Assembly (NCBI RefSeq): GCF_018977255.1 | Contig: NW_024704742.1 | Span: 52,516,001 to 52,580,000, forward strand | Reading direction: 5' to 3' | From: Callorhinchus milii | Lineage: Eukaryota | DNA: 64,000 bases | Shown: positions 38,430 through 50,364 of the stretch, in pieces | Layout of the letters: each line of letters begins with the position of its first letter | How positions within the stretch are numbered: the stretch's first letter is position 1 | Translations under genes and position numbers: made by a program | Notes under the pieces: generated by a model | Told to the model about the DNA's origin: nothing | What the model saw: only the letters and a program-made list of their open reading frames with translations | The model's database searches: none

Positions 38430-38825
38430 AAGTGTGTCACCCTGGTTCAGTTGGTAGCATTCTCACTTCTGATTGTGGGTTCAAACCCTACACCGGGACT
38501 TTGAGCTCACACCCCAATGCAGCGTTAAGGATACATTGCATTATTAGAAGTGCAAAAATGCACTATTTTGGAGTGGCCAACCTTCGGATGAGACATTAAA
38601 CTGAGAACCAGTTCAGGTTGATGTTAAAGATCCTAAGGCAATAACTATTCAAAAAGATAAGCAAATTTTCCACTGGACGAACAATTGGCTGCCAATCCCC
38701 CAGATTAAAGTGGTCAGTCACTTAATTCATGGCTGTTGTATGGAAAATTGCTATCTGCAAAATTGGCTGCTGCATTCACCTGCAAATACAGAGTCACAAC
38801 ACTTTACAGCAAATTCTGTGAAACT
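38430..38825 (+). mobile_element. Deu-domain SINE
   Basis: Head ggttcagttggtagcattctcacttctga, then ttcggatgagacattaaactgag..gatgttaaagatcc. Confidence 0.72.
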
Positions 38826-40034
38826 CATAGAAAATGTCCCTGATTTTTTCCTGAGTGGAGTTTGCTGTATAGCACTTTACTGATGATTTACTTTCACTGC
38901 CAAAAGAGCAGTTGGAGATATATATTCCCAGCTGTAAAGGTTTCTTTCACTAAGTCAGCAGTGTGCCAGTGTCATGATTGAGAAGATCGTAGATCTTAGG
39001 AGATGACAACTATATAGCTAGGTTTTAAAAAGCACAAGCAAACAAATCAAAGGAGTAACATTAAAAACAGAATGAATGGGGTGTGCATTCCACCTTGCTG
39101 ATGTCTTAATAGATCAATTGATCCAAAACTATGACCCCCAACCCTGTCTCTGTCACAGTGCTTGTCCAAATTGTCTTATATGGAATTACATAGTGGACCA
39201 ACTAGTCCACCTTAGTGTGTATATTCCACCCAAGCCTCCCGCCAGCTCTCCTAATCCCCTCTCCTATACCGCTCTATTCCTTTTTCCGTTATGTATACAT
39301 CGAGTTTCCTCTTAAAATACGTTGCTGGTTTTTGCTTCAGCCATAGCTTCCTGCATTCACATCACCCTCTGCATAAAGAAATTCCTCCTAAACTCCCTTT
39401 TAGATCTGTTTCCAGTTATCTTATATTTATGCCCCTTGTTTTGGACTACCAAGTTGAAACAGCTTATTAATGTCCATCTTAACAGAAAAATCAGTTAAGC
39501 AGATATCCTGCTAACTTTTTTCTAATGCCAAAATCCAAGGCTAACAAGGCTAATTAATTAGAATTTAGGAAGTGAAGGCATGTAAATTTATTGTGTTGAA
39601 ATTGTGTTGCAATGTTCCTACTTCATTCAAAACTAGTACTCACAAGATTGGTTTGAATGAAGAGGCCTTTTTGATCTCCAAATTGATCACATCGATCCAG
39701 AATAGCCACCCTCCCATCCTGCTATCCTCCCATCACAACACAAAACAACAAATTGTATTTATATAGCGTCTTTCTAATCGGAAGGCTATCTTGAGGTGCA
39801 GGACAGTCAAGAGTATGCAGCCGAGATGGATTGGATTCGGAAGGAGTATGGGTGAAGATAACGGAAGGTATGGTCAAAGAGGAAGGTCTTCAAATGGACC
39901 TTGAAAGAGGTGAGGGAAAGGGTGAGATGAATGAACTTCAAGATGGAGTTCCAGAGACTAGGGGCAGAAAGACTGAAAACCCGAATCAAAAAGAAATTGC
40001 AACATCAAACTGCTTCTTAAATGAAAGGTCTTTA

Positions 40035-40135
40035 AATGATGAAAGGTCATCGACCTCAAAATGTTAGCTTGTTTTTCTCTCTCCGTAGATGCTGCCTGAC
40101 CTGCTGCGTGTTCCCAGCGACTTCTGTTTTTATTG
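40035..40135 (+). mobile_element. Penelope-like element terminal fragment with degenerate hammerhead-like core
   Basis: atgatgaAAGGTCatcGACCTcaaaatgttagc..ctctctccgtagatgctgcctgacctgctg resembles fish Penelope terminal repeats (recognised from memory). Confidence 0.55.
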
Positions 40136-40456
40136 CTTTTTAAATGAGCCCAGTGTCCAGTGACTACAACCACAATTCCTTGACATCTGTTCAAATCATT
40201 AATTACCCTCTGAGTAAAGAAAACCTTCCTGGTATCTGTCCTGAAATTGCTCTTTGCAACTCTAAACTGATTCTTTCTTTGTCTTGGTGCATCCTAAAGT
40301 ATTGTTCTGTTTTTACTTTCTCAATTCCGTATAAAATTTTATACACCTCCATGTGGTTGAATTTCAGTTGTCTATTCTCAAGAGTGTCAGGGTTACCAGA
40401 AATGTATGCAGTACTCTCAGTACGGTCTGACCAGGATATGATGTCCACAGCAAAAG

Positions 40457-40840
40457 CATAAAATTATTTGAGGAGTGAAATTCTTGTTTTATTTAATAAA
40501 GTAGACGTGTCATTATAATGGGTAAAGCTGGATCTAATATTAAGCAATACAGCCTAACCACTACCATAGAAAAAGATAAAATGAAACCACCTGAAATCAG
40601 ATTCACTGTTGGGTCACGCAGTTACTACCAACTTTGCTTTATACATCACATAAAATTATTTGAGAAGTGAAATTCTTGTTTTATTTAATAAAGTAGACGT
40701 GTCATTATAATGGGTAAAGCTGGATCTAATATTAAGCAATACAGTCTAACCACTACCGTAGAAAAAGATAAAATGAAACCACCTGAAATCAGATTCACTG
40801 TTGGGTCACGCAGTTACTACCAACTTTGCTTTATACATCA
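40457..40840 (+). repeat. 192-bp tandem duplication (2 copies)
   Basis: 40457-40648 versus 40649-40840; three substitutions seen. Confidence 0.97.
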
Positions 40841-41229
40841 CACATCTTTGTCCATTTTGTACAACTTAAAGATGGCATTGCCATTTTAACTTACAATATG
40901 AAACAGTGTTCAGACATCGTGTCTAAGGTAAGAAGTATAATCTATTTGTTCTTAGCAGACTGCAAGTGCCCCCTACAGTTCACTCCTGTTTCAGTAAATG
41001 TATAACACATGCCTGTGTGCTGGAAGGCAGCTAGCGCAGGCCGATACTAGAAATGCCCCAAAATTCCGTCTAGGTTTGGTCTAAACGATCATCTTGTCAA
41101 AAAAGTTAAGATCTTGCAGCATTGTGCAAAAATTCTTAAATTCATATTTAATTTGGAAACCGATTAGATTTAACATAAGAATTTTCCACATTTCTGTACA
41201 GCCTTAAATATTAAGACAGCTATTTTGCA

Positions 41230-41515
41230 CACAGTAATACCCCACAGACAGCCATTAAGTGAATGACCAGTATTATCTGGGGGAATGACACCCCTAGATC
41301 ATGTGAAGAAACTCCCTTCTCTTTTCGAATAGTGCCAGAGGATCTTTAATGTCCTTCTATAGAGGCAGACCACATCCTGGTTAACATTTCATCCAAAAGA
41401 CGACACCTCCAACAAAGCTGCGCTTACTCAAATTGCACTGGAGTTCAAAGTCCTAACATGAGATTGAACCCATAACCTGCTGACTCCGAGGTGAGAATGC
41501 TACCAACTGCACCAG
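41230..41515 (-). mobile_element. Deu-domain SINE
   Basis: rc Deu motif ttcgaatagtgccagaggatctttaatgtcc and rc head gactccgaggtgagaatgctaccaactg. Confidence 0.72.
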
Positions 41516-43269
41516 AATCTTAACAATAATACTACATTAATTGTCTCTTGGAATTTGTTGGTTTATGCTGTCAACAACCCAAGATATCAATGTAAAAAGT
41601 ATGATATGAACATAATGTGAGCTGATGGAGCCTTATATACAGTTGAATGTTCAAAGATGTAGGTCCTTGTTGGCTTTGGATCTTGAATATTTTAATTTTG
41701 TTTCTAATTAGATGTCTCAATTTGATACAAGAATCGTATGGTGTCTCAGCCATACAGCCCAAGAATCAATAAGGTCCTAAGTTCTATGCTGACTTTTATT
41801 GAGTCATCTGATTTCACTCAAGGTGGCGCGGGAGTGTTGCAATGGCATCAGTTTAGGGAAGAGAGAATTTGACCAGGGTTCCCTCATTCAATCTTTGTTA
41901 AGTGATCCTGTTGGAAATGTATATCTGTGAATTATGGGTGAGGATAGGATTTGTGCCATTGAGGTGGTGTAGATAGATACTTGATCAAGTTCTTGAGGTG
42001 TTGCAGTTGGAATTCAACAAAATTCCAAGATGCAATCTGAGAGCGGTGAAATGCCAATATCAATAGACAAGTGGTATTTGCACACACATAACACATAGAG
42101 GGAGATGAGATTCTTGCACTTGCTACTGCATTGCCAAATTGAGGGGAAGCAGCAACACAGCCCTCAAGAGATATTGCACCTGATGTGAGAGTCAGAGCCA
42201 GCAAGCTGTGGACGTGACCAGTAATGAACTGTCCCACCTGTCTCAGGTCGATGAGACCACTACACACTCTTGACTACCGAGCAAAAGAAAAATAAATATT
42301 TATGTCTCCAAATAAGCCTTACTCTTCAGAAAGCAAACATCTTAATTTTGTACAAAACATACATTTGTGTTAGCTGCATGGATTTTTATTAGGTGATTCT
42401 AAGATTTCTGGAGATTTGTGAAATATTAAGTCACATGAAATATAACATGCTCTAAAATAATAATAATCCTTGAATTTTGATATGGTGCCTTATCACGCCA
42501 ATGAGACATCTCAAAAAATTTCACAGAATATATTTAAAGTGGATTGGCTGTGTATTGTGTGGGCGAAATGGCAGCCCATTGCACACAGAAAAATAAAACT
42601 ATTGTGTTTAGCTACAATGTAAAATGCTAAAATAAATCCAGCATTTATCAGGTATTCTTATCCAGTCTTATCCTGAACACTTTTTATGAGTCAAGTTCAA
42701 AATGTTCACATCAGTTCCCGGAGGTTCTGCTCTAACGATGGATTGTGTTTATCTTGTGGCTTAATGCTCTACCCTGGTCAGTCGTGTGCCAGATGCACAG
42801 GCAGCTGCATACGTTGTTTATCTAACCCCTCTGATCTCCATGAGGTGTTAGAGGATGACAGAATGCTGTGTCAGGTCTTCCTTCAGTTCTTTGAGAAGTC
42901 TGGAAAATTTTGAACTAAGGCAACCTGTAAATGAATGCAGATGGGAAGAGGATAAAATTACCACTGTCTTCTTAAAGGGATCTTTTTATGTTACTTACAT
43001 TATCCATCATCTTTTCAACTCCTAATAAAAAATACTAATCAGACAGTTGTAACAATATTCATTTGATGGCAAACGATCCAAAATGATTGATCTGGTTACA
43101 AATAGTGTACCGAATCATACTCAGTTTTCTTCAAAATATTATTGCCATTTATAATTGTTTCAGGAAAATTTTTTGGTTAAAAGTTAAAGGCAAGGGAAAC
43201 ACAGTAGAGCAGTATTGTGGAGCTCTGCTGGAAAATAAATTTGTGCTAACAGTTGCCTACACAATCATT

Positions 43270-43618
43270 GTGGAGTCCTGTAGCTCAATGGTTAACGTTG
43301 CAAGCGAGAGACCAGGGTTCGATTCCCAGCGGTGAAACGTTGGGCAATGCCTCTGTTTACCAAGCAGTAAGTAGGAACCTGGTTGTTAGTCAATTGGCGG
43401 ATTGCTTTTCCGGAGGTAACAATTATTTTAAAAAATAATAATAAATTGGTCACTCAATCCACAACTGTTTGTGGGACACTGCTGTGCGCAATTGACTGCC
43501 GCATTTCGCCCCCAAAATATACAGTCAATTCACTTTATATTATATTCTGTGAAGCGCTTTGAGACAGCTTGAAGATGTGATAATGCTTTATATCAAATGC
43601 AAGGATTATTATTATTAT
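43270..43618 (+). mobile_element. tRNA-derived SINE, long subfamily
   Basis: Head gtggagtcctgtagctcaatggtt, internal segment and tail. Confidence 0.88.
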
Positions 43619-43899
43619 GGATCTCATCTGTTGTCTTAGAGAAGTATAATACAAAGTTCAAGTTCTTGAACTACAAAATTAATCATTCATTTCACTTCAT
43701 GGCTCTTTTGGGTCATTATTGTGTGCAAATTGGCTGAATACACAGTCACTACACTATCTCGGGGGTTCTACACTAACAAAAAGCTATATGAGATGGTTTG
43801 AGATGGTTCAACAATGTGATAAATTGTTATATCAAATGCAATGATTATTTATTTACAATATATAAATTATACACTAAATTGTAAAAATAAAATGATCAA

Positions 43900-44440
43900 G
43901 GAGGCCTAGGGGCTAACATACACAAGTCTTTAAAAGTGGGAAGGTAAGTTGACAAAGTTGAAAAAAGAAAACTAAATGGATCCTATGTTTTACAAATAGG
44001 GGCATAGAATACAAAAGCAAAGAGACAATGCTAAACATGTAATAATCACTGGTTAAACTCAGTATGATGTCCAGTTTGTGCCATCTGTTTTTAGCAAGGA
44101 TGTCAAGGTAATAGTACAGAGAATATTCACTGGGATGATACCAGAGACAGAGATGTGCATAATTATGATGGTTTTGATAAGGTAAATTATTTCTACGTGT
44201 GAGTCAGTTAGAAACTAAACAGCATCAATTATAAAATCATTGCCAAAAGATAATTGGAGTTAGGAGACATTTTTTAACAAAGGAGCAAAACAATGATTGA
44301 AGTTGAATCCATAATAACTTTCTTAAGGGAATTAGACAAATATTTGAAAAATAAAGCATAAAAGGATATGAGGAAAAGGCAGGGGAGTGGGACTAAGTAA
44401 ATAGATGGAACAAGCAGATAGGACTGAATTGCCTTCTGCA
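43900..44440 (+). mobile_element. Diverged CR1 3' fragment
   Basis: aaataggggcatagaatacaaaagcaaagag..ttaagggaattagacaaatatttg..ggactgaattgccttctgc. Confidence 0.7.
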
Positions 44441-46027
44441 CTTTAAAAATATATTATTCTGTAAATTATCAGTTTGTGAGGTTCTACTGATAAATTCTAG
44501 TCATTTAGTTTCTGCCCTAATTATTTATGTGTTGTAGATAATGGTTCATCATCTAACTATTTTTCCCCCAGCTCAGATTTCCTCTGTGAAGATTAGATGA
44601 AATTCTTATATCTCCTCCAATGCAAACTGAACTCCAAGAGACTCTTGTGACAAATATTAATTTTCTCTTCAGCAACTCTTACCTTTAAAAAGCCTGACCT
44701 GTGTGTGACTTAAATACTGCTCCCACATCAGGAGATAATGGAATAGCATTTCTCTTGACTCCTGGATAGAAAATAACAAAAGGCTTGTCATCTGGTAATT
44801 ATTCTCTTACCGCTGTGCTCTAACATCTGTCCCACTTGCTTCTCCATAACCATTTCTACCCATTCTCTATTTTATCAACACTATTAAGGTTATTACTCCT
44901 CTTGCCTCACTTGCCTGTTACATATTCCACTATCCTTCTTGATCTTCCTTTGCCCTGCATTCCTCCATGTTAATTTCAAGAATTATCACACTGTATTCTA
45001 CTCTTACTTATTATCTCCAGAACTCCTAGCTTCTCTTTAAGTCGGTTTTCTCTTCTTGCAACAATTTGTAAGGTTTTAAGCCCCGTTTGTCTCACTTTTC
45101 TTGGCTACTATGGGCCTGATTGCTGTCCTCTGTCTCGCAATACAAATATGAGCTAAGTAGATAGAAGAAAAATATACTGGGATTATTTGGGAAATGATTT
45201 CCAATCCTCATTCAGTGGAAACACCGCAGGTCTGAAATGTATCTTTGTCTCATCTTTAGACCACTGTTTTAACTTTTAAGATTCTATTGAAATTTGGAGA
45301 CATTTTCAATGCAGTCGTTTGGAAGATAGTTTTCTGGAATTCTTAAAAAGAATTGTAGTTTGTTACATTCTCTCTCTTACAGATGTTTGCAGTTTAACAT
45401 CTGGGAATAACCATGTATTGAAACCAAGTGATGATAAATAATAATAACAGCATCATGCTATTTAATGTATTTTCTAAAGTAGCTGCTGAAATTCCATTTC
45501 AAGGAAGAATCATTAGCCTTGAGATGTGTTGCTGGGTTATAGCACTGTAATTCTCGAAGGGAAGTATTGCCAGCTGCAAGTGGCAGGGATCCATCAACCC
45601 AATGAACTGCAACAAATTTTTTAGAAAAAAATAATAACAATGTCATTAGGAAAGCTTCCAAAACATTCCCAATTTCCTGCTTTGGAATGCAATCTATCAG
45701 GATCAGGTTCAACTTTGTTTTGACAACCTGTTAAAACATTTTGAGGATCCTTTGACTGTTTTAAGACAGCAAGGAGGATCCTGTAACAATAACATAACAA
45801 AAGGATAATAATTTACAAATCCTCTGGTGTACTTCGTTCTCAAGCCAGACTGAAAATTCGCACAGACCATTATTTAGCTCAAAGTGAAACTACTGCAAAA
45901 TATATTTAATGGAAATAGAGATGTCAATTGTTGCTGTCCGAGTACAGTACATTAGGGAAATACTATTAGAAGGGTGAAATGAAGTGTTCTCTAGCATTAG
46001 CCAACATTAGACCCTATTATGATATAA

Positions 46028-46445
46028 CTAATCCTTGCATTTGATACAGCACTTTTCACATCAACAGGAAATCTCAGAGCTTTACAGGATTTTTTATAAA
46101 GTGTAGTAACTGTGTATTTTGTTAGTGAATGCAGCAGCCAATTTGTACAGCAATATCCCACAAAGAGCCATGAAGTGAATGAGCAATTTTATTTGGAGGA
46201 TTGTTGGCCAGCACACGTGGAAAACCTAATTTCTCTTTTAAATACTGCCATGGGATCTTTAACATATCCATGAACAGGCAAACAGAACTTTGGTTTAATA
46301 TCTCAACCAAAGGACAGATCGCCCAACAATGCATCGCTCACGTAGCACTGTATTGGAGTGTCACCCTAGACTGAGTTCAGAGTCCTGACGGGTCTTGTAC
46401 CCACAAACTTTTAACTCAGAGGCAAAAGTGCTACCGACTGAGGAA
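46028..46445 (-). mobile_element. Deu-domain SINE, near full length
   Basis: rc tail, tgccatgggatctttaacatatccatgaacaggcaaacag, and rc head. Confidence 0.75.
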
Positions 46446-47335
46446 GATGAGTATAAGAAACTGGAGATTTCAATAAATTCCATTGAACTTCTCTCCCCTT
46501 TGGTAAACTTGCAACTCATCAGCAGAGTTTATTATAAAAATACAATATTTGTTATAATGGTTCGTCAGGTATGAAATATAGAACTGCTTATGTATGATCA
46601 AAAGGCCATACATAGCCCTTTCCTGTTCCTGAAAATTCTTAGGTTCTAAAATCTGATAATCTGATTCATTAAAATACAGGTTTCAAATAGGAGACAAAGT
46701 AATCACCAGAAAACCATTTTTCTACAAAGGGAAGAAAAGTACAAGGTTCTGTTCAATCTTTTACCAAAAAAAGGTTTCCTGCTTTGTCTTGATTACTTAT
46801 TTTAAAAATGCTACAGTGCATCTTGCAGTCATCAGCCTAAAACTTCAATATTCATTTTGAAAGGACAGTGATAACTTGTATTGCCCTTCACGCAAGTTGC
46901 ATCTCAGAGTGCTTAACAGTAGCGTGGCTTGTCTCCATGCCGGAAAGGGTGGGGGGATAAGTATTTGAAGGCAAAGGTCGAAGAGGCAAGTCTTCAGGTA
47001 TGATTTGAAGATGGGCAGAGAGAGGGCAAATAAAGGGATTGAGGCAACAAGTTCCAGAGGGCATAGTGGCTCAAAGCACGATTGTCAAATGTGGAGCAGA
47101 GGGACGAGGGATGTGCAGCAGAAATCATCTGACAAAACCTTGTATTATTATTATTATTATTAGGTGTTAATTATAGCCCTATCCATTTTGAATTGGCTTT
47201 TCCATGGCTTACAGGAATCCCTATTAGTTCTGAGAATGCTTAATTTTGGTACCATTCTGTGAATAGTATTGAATTCAATACATATCTATAGCTTGACCTC
47301 TTTCAGTCAAACAGGACAAACCCAGAACAAAACAT

Positions 47336-47665
47336 GTGGAGTCCTGTAGCTCAGTGGTTGGAGCACTCGCCTTGCAAGTGAAACACCTGGGTTCAATTCC
47401 AGGCAGGATGAAACCTTGGGCCAGTTTCCTTACTCCACACACCTAATAATAATCCCTCCAAAAAACAAAACAATAAATAAATTGGTCATTTTCAATGCAT
47501 GCCAGTTTGTGGGACACTGCTGTGCGCAATTGGCTGCCACGTTTTGCCCACAAATATACAGTTAATTCACTTTACAGCATATTCTGTGAAGCGCTTTGAT
47601 ATGTCTAGAAGACGTGAAAAGCACTATATCAAATGCCAGGATTATTATTATATTATTATTATTAT
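47336..47665 (+). mobile_element. tRNA-derived SINE, short subfamily, full length
   Basis: Head through ccacacacctaataataatccctcc to the tail. Confidence 0.9.
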
Positions 47666-48409
47666 ATGTAGCAATCCCTCGAACTGCAACCCTAATATGT
47701 AACTATTATTTAATGTGACAGGCCCTACTACATGTAGTCATAACAACACATACTTAAGAACCCATAAAAAAGCACTGGTGAATTTGGATTTCATTGCACT
47801 ACACTCCAGCTGCATTCCTATCACCTTTAAGCGGGTACCAAGGCTCTTTTGAACTAGACAGCTTCAATCAATCACTCTAAAAGCAGTCAATCTTCTCAAC
47901 AGGTAAAGTAAAATAAATGGATGCTACAGTACAATAATATCTGTTATTTATTCGAAAAATAGCAAGGTCATCTCTTACTCTGTTGTACCTCTGTGACTTT
48001 TGCATTTTTTTGATGTTCAAAGTAATGCTGGGAAAGGACTTGTTTTTTTCTCTTTTGGCACCCATATCTCAGCAACAAGCATTTAAGATTAGGTATACCT
48101 GGGCCAGATGAGAAACTCCATCCACTTTGCTTCAACCAAGTGCTTTAACAAAATTTTGGAAAAGTAGCCGTTAGTGTTCCATTATCAGACAGAATCCTTC
48201 CTAAGGATCTTAGAATGGGGAAAGAGCTCTATCTTAAATTAAATGACCAGTTTAGTTCTGTACTAATAGAGTGAAACTCTGATAACTCGTCGCCCCAAGG
48301 GACAAAACTCAAATGTCTACTTATCAGAGTTGACTGGTTATCCAAAGTACAGCATCTAGAAAGTGCAAAGTACTCACATAGCCAGGATATTGAGTGAGTG
48401 ATTCAAAAT

Positions 48410-49905
48410 CATCCAAATGCAGCCGAAACCCTCGTGCATGCGTTTGTCACCTCCTGCCTGGATTACTCAAACGCACTCCTCTCCGGTCTCCCCAGCTTCA
48501 CTATTCAAAATGTCCAGCTCATTCAAAACTCTGCCGCCCGCATAACTGACCCGGACCAAACTCCGTACGCACATCTCACCAGCTCTGGCCAGGCTCCACT
48601 GGCTCCCTATCACCGAATGGATCAACTTCAAGATCCTTACACTCGTGTTCAAATCCCTTCACTCCCTGGCACCTCTCTACCTCTCCGACCTCCTCACTCT
48701 CCATTCCACCATTCGGCGCCTTCGCTCAACTGACATCGGCCTCCTGGTCGTCCCTCGCACCCTCTGGCCCCACTATTGGAGGTTGCGCTTTCAGCCATTA
48801 CAACAACAACAACAACAAGATTACATTTGTATAGCGCCTTTCACGTCGGGAGGACATCCCAAGGCGCTGGACAGAGTACAGCATTTCAGACGCGAGCTGG
48901 GGTTGGGGGGGAATGGAGGGGAGGGGAAGAGGGGGTGGCCGATGGCATGGTCGAAGAGGAGAGTCTTGAGGCAGGACTTGAAGGAGGCTAAGGAGGGAGC
49001 GAGATGGAGTGACTGGGGGATGGAATTCCAGAGGTTGGGGGCAGAGTGGCTGAAGGCTCTCCCGTCAATGGTGGGGCGGTTGGGGCGGGGGACGTGGAGC
49101 AGGCCAGAGCCGGCTGAGCGGAGGGAACGGGCGGGTTGGTAGGGGGTTAGGAAGTCGCAGAGGTAGGGTGGGGCGAGGCCATGGAGGGCTTTGTATGTGA
49201 GGACCAGGATCTTGAACTGGATCCTCTGAAGGATAGGGAGCCAGTGGAGTCGGGCGAGAGTGGGGTAGATGGGGTCACAGAGTTTGGTGTGGGAGAGGAC
49301 ACGGGCTGCAGAGTTCTGGATTATCTGTGGAGGGAGGAGTTGGGAAGGCCGACAAGCAGGACATTTGGATAGTCGAGCCTGGAGGTGATGAAGCCTTGAA
49401 CAAGAGTTTCATCGGCCTGAGGGGTGAGGTAGTGGCGGAGACGGGCGATGTTACGGAGGTGAGGGAAGGCAGAGCAGATCATGGCTTGAATGTGGATGAG
49501 AAAAGACAGTTGAGGGTCGAACACGACATCTAGGTTCCTGACTGGCTTGGTGAGTTGTAGTGTGCAACCATGGAGGTTGATGTTGCCAGAAACTGAGGTG
49601 CAGAGGTGCTGGCACGAGCCAATCAGGAGGGCCTCGGTCTTGTTCACATTCAACTGTAGGAAATTTGCCCTCATCCAGGGCAAAGGTTATGCCCTGAAAC
49701 TGGAACATTCTCCTTCAATCCCTCCGCCTTGCCCCCTCTCTTCCCCTTTTCAAGTCCCGCCTGAAAATTTTCCTCTTCGACTGTGCTTACGGCCACCTCC
49801 CCACACCCCACCCCTCCCGGCTCCATCAAGCTCTACTACTGTTAAGCGCTCCGAAATGCTACCCTGCATGGAGGGCACTATATTAGCGCAAGTTGTTGTT
49901 GTTGA
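48410..49905. mobile_element. Nested L2 elements: older + copy (48410-48800, 49688-49905) split by a - copy (48801-49680)
   Basis: + strand: AAETLVHAFVTSCLDYSNALL..QLIQNSAAR. - strand: LQLNVNKTEALLIG..HLRNIARLR..SRLDY. The + element resumes at tatgccctgaaactggaac. Confidence 0.88.
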
Positions 49906-50096
49906 CTAGTTATGTGCTTATGACTACTTATACCAGGAACTAGTTATCACTGTATGTAATATCATGCAGTTATGTGTTGTAGTGTGTGCACATTAAGAAC
50001 TGGTTGATGATGTTGACTTTTGTCACCTTCTGGAGATGTGTCTGATTTTACTGAACTTCTCTCTTTACCAGCAAAAGCCATAAAAAGACACAAATG

Positions 50097-50364
50097 AAAT
50101 CAAGGATCATGACACAGAAATAGGGGGAAATCCTAAAACTTTTGGCGATTAGCGACTTGCCTCTAATGCTCAGACATAACTTTTAGCGAATGCCAATGTC
50201 AGACCACTCCAGCTTTTGTTAATAAGAAAATCCCATGTTTGCCCTATTGACATCATTCACAACATGAACACTTGGGTAATTTCATCCAAACTAAATGCAA
50301 ATGGTTCAAACGTTAAATGGGGTGACTGCACTTCATGTTAATATTGTTTCGACAGCAATTGACA
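50097..50364 (+). repeat. Left copy of a ~265-bp inverted repeat
   Basis: Reverse-complement match to 54736-55008. Confidence 0.9.

Noticed and set aside
47336..47415. tRNA-like sequences at SINE 5' ends (also ~1175-1251, 10180-10262, 59619-59695)
   Set aside because: Each continues into SINE body and tail, so they are SINE heads rather than tRNA genes.
48270..48335. Short inverted repeat aactctgataa...ttatcagagtt, resembling a Tigger/pogo MITE end
   Set aside because: Only 11 bp of pairing, with no second terminus or TSD identified.
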